This document shows positions 8,976 through 15,607 of a stretch of DNA of 24,000 bases, one piece after another. Where the stretch lies: positions 127,537-151,536 of the forward strand of contig NZ_OZ245846.1 in the NCBI RefSeq assembly GCF_965228935.1. The letters are read 5' to 3'. The stretch's first letter is position 1. Each line of letters begins with the position of its first letter. The position numbers and the translations under genes are program-made. This DNA comes from Ulvibacterium sp. (GTDB lineage: Bacteria > Bacteroidota > Bacteroidia > Flavobacteriales > Flavobacteriaceae). The notes under the pieces were generated by a model. The model did not search any database and had not been told where the DNA came from. It worked only from the letters and a program-made list of their open reading frames with translations.

Positions 8976-9087
8976 TGGCTAAAGCCCTTTATTATAGTTT
9001 TCCTCCTGATAAATCAGGAGGCATTCAGTAGAATTGCCATAGGCTTCAGCCTATGAATTATAATAAAATCCATAAAGGCTTTAGCCA
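8976..9087. repeat. 112-bp nested inverted-repeat array (REP-like cluster) upstream of the transposase gene
   Basis: The outer inverted repeat is TGGCTAAAGCCCTTTAT (8976..8992) against ATAAAGGCTTTAGCCA (9072..9087). It encloses hairpin CCTCCTGAT-AA-ATCAGGAGG (9002..9021) and hairpin CATAGGC-TTCA-GCCTATG (9038..9055, extendable to 9032..9059 past a 2-nt bulge). Confidence 0.7.
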
Positions 9088-9126
9088 AACCCTTCAATAT
9101 TCATTCATATCCTAAGTAATACGGGC

Positions 9127-9552
9127 ATGCCATTTATAAAAGCATATGTTCATCTTGTTTTCAGCACAAAAAATAGGGTGGCTTTTTTGAATTCCCCAGA
9201 ATTAAGACAAAAGGTATGGAACCATATGAGGGAAAATGGCAAGGAAAAAGGAATTTATATTGACTTTGTCAACGGATATTCAGATCACTGCCACTGTTTA
9301 ATTTCCCTAGGTTCGGAACAAACCATTAGCAAAGTAGCACAATTGATAAAAGGAGAATCATCGTTCTGGATAAATAAAAACAAATTATGCAAGTGTAAAT
9401 TTGGATGGCAAGACGAATATTTCGCTGTTTCAGTATCCGAATCTATGGTAAATCAAGTACGAAACTATATTAAGAACCAGGAAAAACATCATAGAAAAAA
9501 GACATTTAAAGAGGAATATGATGAATTTATTGAGAAATATCAGTTTGGCTAA
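9127..9552 (+). CDS. IS200/IS605-family Y1 (HUH) transposase, REP-associated tyrosine transposase (RAYT)-like
   Basis: 141 aa. Shows YVHLVFSTKNR, the HUH motif in YSDHCHCLI, WQDEYFAVSVS and the catalytic-Tyr helix VRNYIKNQEKHH. It is flanked by palindromic REP-like sequences, not by a full IS with tnpB. Confidence 0.8.
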   Translation: MPFIKAYVHLVFSTKNRVAFLNSPELRQKVWNHMRENGKEKGIYIDFVNGYSDHCHCLISLGSEQTISKVAQLIKGESSFWINKNKLCKCKFGWQDEYFAVSVSESMVNQVRNYIKNQEKHHRKKTFKEEYDEFIEKYQFG

Positions 9553-9600
9553 AGCCTATTCGAATTACTTCTTTTTTGCCTCCAGATAAATCTGGAGGCA
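9546..9600. repeat. Right-flank REP-like segment: TGGCTAAAGCC copy plus an 11-bp-stem hairpin
   Basis: TGGCTAAAGCCTATT at 9546..9560 overlaps the transposase stop codon. The hairpin TGCCTCCAGAT-AA-ATCTGGAGGCA is at 9577..9600. Confidence 0.7.
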
Positions 9601-9631
9601 ATTAAAATATTTCTTGAGTTTTAAAAATTTC

Positions 9632-10594
9632 ATGGACAACTACAATCCAACAAACCCCGAAATTTGGACAGGAAGAAAATCCGGTAAAAACCTGTACCTA
9701 CACGAAATCGTAAACTGTACGGATCTGGATTCAATCGTTCCGGACACTACTTCAAAAACCATCGCGATTTTGGGTTATGCCTGTGATGAAGGGGTAAGGC
9801 GAAACCAAGGAAGGATCGGGGCGATGGAAGGCCCGGATGCCATTCGGAGCCAATTGGGGAAAATGCCCAACCACTTACATCCCGATACAAAGCTGTTCGA
9901 CATCGGTTCTGTTCAATGTGTCGCCGGAGATATGGAGGAAACCCAAAATCTACTTTCCGTAAAGGTAGCCCAACTTTTGAAGAAAAGTGTATTCCCCATG
10001 ATACTGGGCGGTGGCCATGATTTGGCCTATGGACACTACCAAGGCATCAAAAAGTATTTGAACGGAGGCAGATCCATCGGTATTGTTAATTTTGATGCGC
10101 ATTTTGACCTTCGCAATAATACTGACGGCAACAATTCGGGAACGCCTTTTTACCAAATCGCCCAAGACTGTAAAGCCGATGGCACTAGCTTTAACTATTT
10201 ATGTCTTGGAATCCGGAAGGATGCCAACGATACGGTTTTATTCCAAACGGCCGATAAGCTCGGTGTAGGTTATATTGAAAACGAGCGTTTTAATCTTCAG
10301 CATGGGAAGGCCGTCGAACAAGAGCTTCGCACCTTTATTTCCAAAGTAGATTGCCTATATGCAACTATTGACCTGGACGGGTTTTCATCGGCCTATGCCC
10401 CTGGGGTAAGTGCAGCTTCACCTATGGGCTTTTTACCGGATATTGTTTTGGCGTGTCTAAAGGTAATTCTCCAATCCCAGAAATTGATAAGTATGGATGT
10501 TGCCGAAATGAATCCGAAATATGATATTGATAATCGCACGGCCAAATTAGCGGCATCATTGATCCATTCCGTAACACGGCAGCTAATTAATTAG
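9632..10594 (+). CDS. hutG: Formimidoylglutamase (arginase/ureohydrolase family)
   Basis: Arginase-fold metal motifs (GGGHDLAYG, NFDAHFDLR, TIDLDGF) in hut context. The ORF-track start at 9614 is TTG; ATG 9632 (MDNYNPTNPEIWTGRKS) is the likelier start. Confidence 0.88.
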   Translation: MDNYNPTNPEIWTGRKSGKNLYLHEIVNCTDLDSIVPDTTSKTIAILGYACDEGVRRNQGRIGAMEGPDAIRSQLGKMPNHLHPDTKLFDIGSVQCVAGDMEETQNLLSVKVAQLLKKSVFPMILGGGHDLAYGHYQGIKKYLNGGRSIGIVNFDAHFDLRNNTDGNNSGTPFYQIAQDCKADGTSFNYLCLGIRKDANDTVLFQTADKLGVGYIENERFNLQHGKAVEQELRTFISKVDCLYATIDLDGFSSAYAPGVSAASPMGFLPDIVLACLKVILQSQKLISMDVAEMNPKYDIDNRTAKLAASLIHSVTRQLIN

Positions 10595-11752
10595 CTATTC
10601 CAACCAGCTCTTATAGTACTTCCCATCATCAATATCCAAAGCGGTCTGTGTTAGCTGCAGTGGTTTAAAGGTATCGATCATCACGGCCAGCTCCTCGGTC
10701 TTGGTCTTTCCGATACTGGCCTCATAGGTACCCGGATGTGGCCCATGGGGAATACCGGCGGGATGTAGGGAAATATATCCCTTATCAATGTTCTTGCGGC
10801 TCATAAAATCCCCATCAACATAGTACAGCACCTCATCGGAATCGATATTCGAATGGTTGTACGGGGCTGGAATCGCCTCTGGGTGATAGTCATACAATCG
10901 CGGTACAAAGGAACAGACCACAAAAGCCGAGGTCTCAAAAGTCTGGTGCACTGGCGGTGGTTGGTGTACCCTTCCCGTAATCGGTTCAAAATTATGGATT
11001 GAAAATCCATAGGGATAATTATAGCCGTCCCAGCCCACTACGTCAAAGGGATGGGTTGCGTAGACCATATGGTGCAATTGCCCTTGTTTTTTAATCTTTA
11101 ATACAAACTCGCCTTTTTCATCATAGGTACGCAAGTTCCCGGGTAGCTTGAAATCCCGTTCGCAAAAAGGCGAATGTTCCAGATGTTGCCCAAACCAATT
11201 TCGATAGCGCTTGGGTGTATATATGGGATGGTAACTTTCCGTGATGAGCAGTCGGTTGTCCGCACCGTCAAATTCAATCTGATAGATCATGCCCCGCGGA
11301 ATTAAAAGGTAATCCCCGTATTCAAAGGGAATTTCCCCCAAGAAAGTCTTTAAAGTGCCTGTTCCCCTATGGACGAAAAGGAGTTCGTCGGCATCCGCGT
11401 TTTTGTAAAAATAATCTGTGACCGAGCTTTTAGGCGCGGCCAAAGCCACATGAACGTCGGAATTGAACAAAACCGTTTTCCGGCTCTCCAGATAATCCTC
11501 CTCGGGTCGTATTTCAAAACCCTTCAACAATCGGGAAGCCATATTGTATTCCACTGCTGCTTTGGGAGTTATATCCAAGGCCTTTTGAATAGACTTGACC
11601 TGTGTAGGCCTATGCAAATGGTAGATTAAGGAAGACATTCCATCAAAACCGATGGTGCCGAACAACTGTTCGTAATGCAGGGTTCCATCGTTCTTTTTAA
11701 AAATAGTATGTCGCTTCTGGGGTATCTTGCCCAATTTGTGATACAATGGCAT
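10595..11752 (-). CDS. hmgA: Homogentisate 1,2-dioxygenase
   Basis: 385-aa ORF with the typical Bacteroidetes HGD N-terminus (MPLYHKLGKIPQKRHTIF...LHYEQLFGT.GFDG) and a cupin core (HPAGIPHGPHPG). Confidence 0.9.
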   Translation of the reverse strand: MPLYHKLGKIPQKRHTIFKKNDGTLHYEQLFGTIGFDGMSSLIYHLHRPTQVKSIQKALDITPKAAVEYNMASRLLKGFEIRPEEDYLESRKTVLFNSDVHVALAAPKSSVTDYFYKNADADELLFVHRGTGTLKTFLGEIPFEYGDYLLIPRGMIYQIEFDGADNRLLITESYHPIYTPKRYRNWFGQHLEHSPFCERDFKLPGNLRTYDEKGEFVLKIKKQGQLHHMVYATHPFDVVGWDGYNYPYGFSIHNFEPITGRVHQPPPVHQTFETSAFVVCSFVPRLYDYHPEAIPAPYNHSNIDSDEVLYYVDGDFMSRKNIDKGYISLHPAGIPHGPHPGTYEASIGKTKTEELAVMIDTFKPLQLTQTALDIDDGKYYKSWLE

Positions 11753-11997
11753 AATAACTGGTTTTAATCTCTTTTAAAAATACAACAAATAACACAGTAT
11801 ATTTTATCGGCCTGCAGAATTGCAACTTTATTAAAACAATTGACAATCAACTAATTATACCTAATAAAAATATCCTAAACGTTGGAAATTCGAATGGAAA
11901 TCCATCGAATTCCCGAAAGATTGATAATATAGCCCTAAAAGTGGATTTCAAGAGAAATTCGGTTTAAACCAAAACCTTGAGGTGGAATATCGCCCAT

Positions 11998-12024
11998 AAA
12001 AAAAGCCTCCCATTATGGAAAGCC
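11998..12024 (-). terminator. Possible rho-independent terminator downstream of ndh
   Basis: The minus-strand RNA is GGCUUUCC-AUAAU-GGGAGGCU followed by a 7-U run. The stem is 8 bp but includes three G.U pairs. It lies about 95 nt after the ndh stop. Confidence 0.4.
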
Positions 12025-12117
12025 TTTCATTGGCCCAGACCTTAACGGTCATGGGTCACAACACAACGCTGCAAATATAGCAAAGGTTTTCAACAAAACG
12101 ACAAAACCTATCGTCTT

Positions 12118-13395
12118 TTATGTTTTGGGCCTAAAGGGTCGAACGATGAGTCGGGCCGCCTTGTCATAATTAATGTAGTTGTACGCCCAGTTAAAGAACA
12201 CGATGACCCTATTTCGAAAGCCTACCAAGGCCATTAAATGCACGAACATCCAGATAAACCAAGCGAAGAATCCTCCGAACTTCAATCTATGCAGATCCAC
12301 AACGGCCTTGTTCCTACCCACGGTGGCCATGGTTCCCTTATCGTTATAAGTAAAAGGTTCCATAGGTTTTTCCTCCAGGAGCAGTTTTAAGTTTTTTGCC
12401 AAAAGCTCCCCTTGTTGTATGGCCGGTTGGGCTACTTGGGGATGCCCGTTTGGATAGGGTTCCGTTTCCATATAGGCAACATCACCAATGGCAAATATGT
12501 TGTTGTAATTCTTTACTTGATTAAATCGATTTACTTTAAACCGATTGAGTCGTTCCATCATAGAGGAGGCATCGATACCTTCTATGGCGGCACCCGTAAC
12601 CCCTGCGGTCCATATAAAATTTTTGGTGCGCATGCGCTCACCGTTGTTCATAATCAGTGTCTCTCCGTCAAAATCCTGTACCAAGGTGTTCAGAAAAATC
12701 TTTACTCCCAATTCCTCTAAAAACTTGGTTGCCTTTTTGGAGGCTTGTTCGCTCATAGGAGGCAAAACCCTATCGGCGCCCTCAAAGAGGTGTATCTCCA
12801 TCTCATCTACATTTAGATGTCTGTAATCCCTGGGAAATACATGACGTTTCAATTCTGCGAACGCACCGGCGAGTTCAACCCCTGTTGGGCCGGCGCCCAC
12901 GATACAAAAGTTGAGTAAGGCCTTTCGCTCTTCCAAATCATCACAATCATCGGCCTTTTCAAAATTTTGGAGCATTAAGCTTCGTATGTTGAGCGCCTGC
13001 GGTACATTTTTCATGGCCATGGCGTGTTCCGCAATGGTGGCATTGCCAAAAAAGTTGGTTTTGGTTCCCGTGGCAATAATCAGGTAATCATAAGAGAGAC
13101 TACCAATATTGGTGATTACTCGATTGTGCTGCGGTTCTAAGCGTTCTACCGTAGCCCAGCGAAAATGAAAGTTTTTGAGATGCTTTAGTACTTTGCGGAT
13201 CGGATAAGCGATGGAATCCGGTTCCAAACCACTGGTGGATACTTGATAAAGCAAAGGTTGGAAGGTGTGGTAGTTGTGCCTGTCTATCATTACCACTTGC
13301 ACATCCAAGTTTTTAAGTTTTTTTGCCAAGGATATTCCGGCAAATCCACCACCTATAATGACCACTCTTTTTTGATCCGTCTCGGGTAGGTTCAT
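12118..13395 (-). CDS. ndh: Type II NADH:quinone oxidoreductase (NDH-2), FAD-dependent pyridine nucleotide-disulfide oxidoreductase
   Basis: N-terminal Rossmann motif KRVVIIGGGFAGISLAKKL, a second dinucleotide motif IVGAGPTGVELAG, and a C-terminal membrane-anchoring hydrophobic segment. Confidence 0.88.
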   Translation of the reverse strand: MNLPETDQKRVVIIGGGFAGISLAKKLKNLDVQVVMIDRHNYHTFQPLLYQVSTSGLEPDSIAYPIRKVLKHLKNFHFRWATVERLEPQHNRVITNIGSLSYDYLIIATGTKTNFFGNATIAEHAMAMKNVPQALNIRSLMLQNFEKADDCDDLEERKALLNFCIVGAGPTGVELAGAFAELKRHVFPRDYRHLNVDEMEIHLFEGADRVLPPMSEQASKKATKFLEELGVKIFLNTLVQDFDGETLIMNNGERMRTKNFIWTAGVTGAAIEGIDASSMMERLNRFKVNRFNQVKNYNNIFAIGDVAYMETEPYPNGHPQVAQPAIQQGELLAKNLKLLLEEKPMEPFTYNDKGTMATVGRNKAVVDLHRLKFGGFFAWFIWMFVHLMALVGFRNRVIVFFNWAYNYINYDKAARLIVRPFRPKT

Positions 13396-13400
13396 GCAGC

Positions 13401-13416
13401 AATTTTGTACAAAATT
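13401..13416. promoter_or_regulatory. Perfect 16-bp palindrome AATTTTGTACAAAATT immediately upstream of the ndh start codon
   Basis: Read directly. It lies 5 nt from the ndh ATG (13395), in the divergent region shared with the small membrane protein gene. Confidence 0.35.
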
Positions 13417-13488
13417 ACGTATTCTTTTACCGTTATCTTAACAGTCCCAAATAAAGATTTGTACTACCTTGAAAACAAAAAAATCGCA

Positions 13489-13716
13489 ATGCAAAGTACT
13501 GCAATGTTCTGGGTAGGAATCACCACCTTACTTCTGGTAACGGTAACTATTATGGTCGCTATGGACTTTCCGTTCAATTGGGTCTTTTATTTGACCGTTT
13601 TGGGACAAATTCTAATAGTCTATATGGTCTATAAGGTCTTGACCGATAACTATACCACGGATAAAACCTTTAAGGATTTTTATGAGGATTACCCCATAGG
13701 TGAGCGTCTCCATTAG
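13489..13716 (+). CDS. Hypothetical small membrane protein (75 aa, two predicted TM helices)
   Basis: The ORF-track ORF 13405..13716 starts at TTG. ATG 13489 gives MQSTAMFWVGITTLLLVTVTIMVAMDFPFNWVFYLTVLGQILIVYMVYKVL... I recognise no family. Confidence 0.45.
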   Translation: MQSTAMFWVGITTLLLVTVTIMVAMDFPFNWVFYLTVLGQILIVYMVYKVLTDNYTTDKTFKDFYEDYPIGERLH

Positions 13717-13808
13717 AAATCACTTTCTACAAGAGTTTTACCGCCAAATCCTATCGGATAAGGAAAACCGAATTCAAAGGGATTACTTCTTCCAATGTCG
13801 GCCAAATA

Positions 13809-14711
13809 TTATTTGGATATTGACATTTCCTGTTCCCTTTTGTGCCTGTAAGGTGCACTCATGCCCAATTCAGGAATTACCAACAAGGGTATCCGTGTAT
13901 GGAAGGCCATCCGTTTTACTACAGGTTCCCGGGTCATACGTTCCATATAACTGTGTTGATAATGAAGCATGGCCAATAGGTGGATATCCAACTCGTTCAC
14001 GAAAACTTCCAAGGTCTTGGACACGGAATTCAATTCGGAAACCGTATGTACATAATGCTCTACATCGGAAAGGTATTTGCGCAACATATTGAGATTGAAT
14101 TGCTGAATCTCGGTCAAGGCCTTAATTTCATATTGAACGTATACAATACGGATTACGGCCTTAAAGGTATTCGCAAGTTCCATCAACGGTATAAGCTCGG
14201 ATTCCGTGTAAAAACGGTTGAAGTCCGTAGCAAAGGCAATTTCCGAGGGGGCTGCAAATTTAAAATGTTGTGGAACGGCCAGAACGGGGCAATTTTTGAC
14301 CGATTTTATAATTCGGACCGTATTGCTTCCCATAAAGACCTCTTCCAATCCGGAAGCGCCTTTTGTCCCGGTTACCACAAGGTCTATCTCTTCTTGTTCT
14401 ACAACTTCCTTGATTTCCTCGGTCAATAAACAAAACGAGGACATGGTCTTAAAATGGTGCTTTGGATTACTATAGTTCTCCTGTATACGCTTCACTACTC
14501 CCTGTAGACCGTTCTCGGAACAGGCCCGTGCCCCATCCTCCAAACTGCCGGTATCCAAGGTGGCCGCCATAAATCTACTATTGGCAATTGCGGGGGTATA
14601 TGTATTGAGTAAGTGGAAAACACATTCTTCGTCCTTAAAAAGCTCCATGGCGTATTGCGTGGCATTCCACGCATTATCGGAAAAATCGGTAGGTAATAAT
14701 ATGCTTTTCAT
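13809..14711 (-). CDS. Universal stress protein, tandem UspA-domain type
   Basis: The typical Usp start MKSILLPTDFSDNAWNA is at the internal ATG 14711 (ORF-track start 14762). There are two Usp-like halves, the first containing the ATP-binding-like GTKGASGLEEVFMGSNT. Confidence 0.8.
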   Translation of the reverse strand: MKSILLPTDFSDNAWNATQYAMELFKDEECVFHLLNTYTPAIANSRFMAATLDTGSLEDGARACSENGLQGVVKRIQENYSNPKHHFKTMSSFCLLTEEIKEVVEQEEIDLVVTGTKGASGLEEVFMGSNTVRIIKSVKNCPVLAVPQHFKFAAPSEIAFATDFNRFYTESELIPLMELANTFKAVIRIVYVQYEIKALTEIQQFNLNMLRKYLSDVEHYVHTVSELNSVSKTLEVFVNELDIHLLAMLHYQHSYMERMTREPVVKRMAFHTRIPLLVIPELGMSAPYRHKREQEMSISK

Positions 14712-14765
14712 AGATCTGAGTCTAATTGTACAAGGTAAAATTAACCTAGTATATAGGCTCAAACT

Positions 14766-14784
14766 ATGATATATGTCAGCTTTT
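14766..14784 (-). promoter_or_regulatory. FNR/CRP-type box A (AAAAGCTGACATATATCAT on the minus strand) upstream of usp
   Basis: TGA-N6-TCA dyad. Its centre is 61.5 nt upstream of the usp ATG, and the A-tract overlaps the stop codon of the Crp/Fnr gene. It is one of three near-identical copies in the window. Confidence 0.55.
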
Positions 14785-15487
14785 AAAAGCCCTCCACTAA
14801 ATCCTGAAGTCTTCGCTCATCGGCAATTCCGATTCTCTTTCCTGAAGTTTTTAAGAATCCTTTTTTTCTAAATTCCGAAATAATGCGGATGCAACTTTCT
14901 GTGGCGGTGCCTACCACGTTGGCTATGTCCTCCCTGGACAGGGTAAGCAATAAAAACCCATCTTTGTCTTCCCCGAAATTATTCTTCAGGTAAAGAAAGG
15001 CCTCGGCAACTCTTTGTTTTACTGTTTTTTGGCTCATGTTAACGATTACATCGTCCGCCTCCCTCAAGTCATGGGCCATATGCCGGAGTACTTCCACGGT
15101 AAAGTCGGGATTGGATTTTAGGGTATGGACAATGCTCTCCTTTGGAATATAGCACACTTCCATATCGTTTATCGCAACAGCACTTAAATTGGAATGCTCT
15201 TCGGCAATTATGGAGCGCTGTCCCATCACTTCTCCCTTTGTGGCCAGTTTTACGATTTGATCCTTGCCGTTGGCACTTAATTTGGAAAGCTTCGAGACCC
15301 CATTGCGAACACAAAAAACTCCATTGAGTTTTTCCCCTTCCTCAAAAATGGATTCCCCCTTTTTTATTTTTCTGGTAGTTTTGGAATCGGATACCTTTTT
15401 AAGTTCCTCCTTGCTCATGGCGCGCAACGCATTAAACTGGCGTATGATACATTGCTCACATCTACTTTCGTGCTCCTCCTTATCCAT
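14783..15487 (-). CDS. Crp/Fnr family transcriptional regulator (FNR-like)
   Basis: 234 aa with a cNMP-binding-like beta-roll and a C-terminal HTH (SREDIANVVGTATESCIRIISEF). The E and R of the recognition helix are spaced as in E. coli FNR ETISR. Cysteines at positions 10, 13, 59 and 112. Confidence 0.88.
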   Translation of the reverse strand: MDKEEHESRCEQCIIRQFNALRAMSKEELKKVSDSKTTRKIKKGESIFEEGEKLNGVFCVRNGVSKLSKLSANGKDQIVKLATKGEVMGQRSIIAEEHSNLSAVAINDMEVCYIPKESIVHTLKSNPDFTVEVLRHMAHDLREADDVIVNMSQKTVKQRVAEAFLYLKNNFGEDKDGFLLLTLSREDIANVVGTATESCIRIISEFRKKGFLKTSGKRIGIADERRLQDLVEGF

Positions 15488-15533
15488 ACCTCATCTTTGT
15501 TGGGTTGTTACGAAAAATTGTATAAAAATATTG

Positions 15534-15552
15534 AAAAGCTGACAATTATCAT
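15534..15552 (+). promoter_or_regulatory. FNR/CRP-type box B (AAAAGCTGACAATTATCAT) in the fnr-ccoI divergent region
   Basis: The dyad centre is 62.5 nt upstream of the ccoI ATG and 58.5 nt upstream of the fnr-like ATG. Confidence 0.55.
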
Positions 15553-15569
15553 ATCTATGTTTGTAAAAC

Positions 15570-15585
15570 TTGCAAATATTTGCAA
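15570..15585. promoter_or_regulatory. Perfect 16-bp palindrome TTGCAAATATTTGCAA upstream of ccoI
   Basis: Read directly. It lies 22 nt upstream of the ccoI ATG and overlaps the -7-like motif AATATTTG (15575..15582). A related half-site TTGTAAAA is at 15561..15568. Confidence 0.4.
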
Positions 15586-15607
15586 AAGGTATAGTAAGCA
15601 AATGTGA

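Larger units (their letters stand above)
8976..9600 (+). mobile_element. RAYT/IS200-like unit: Y1 transposase gene with flanking REP-like hairpins and TGGCTAAAGCC repeats, lying between hutU and hutG
   Basis: TGGCTAAAGCC occurs at 8976 (+), 9087 (inverted) and 9546 (+). Near-identical hairpins sit at 9002..9021 and 9577..9600 on either side of the 141-aa HUH/Y transposase ORF. Confidence 0.7.

Noticed and set aside
12015-12080. 21-codon mini-ORF (MESLSLAQTLTVMGHNTTLQI) in the ndh-hmgA spacer
   Set aside because: It is too short, has no supporting signal and overlaps the candidate ndh terminator. It cannot be supported from sequence alone.
13717-13808. Possible bidirectional terminator between the small membrane protein gene and usp (TCCTATCGGATAAGGA)
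   Set aside because: The inverted repeat is imperfect, its loop is too short to fold, and there is no flanking T/A tract. Not supportable.
13700-14092. 130-aa + strand ORF, plus 13980..14429, 14218..14475 and 14560..14769
   Set aside because: All are antisense shadows inside the well-supported Usp gene on the minus strand. Their translations are low-complexity or Cys/Arg-rich with no recognisable domain.
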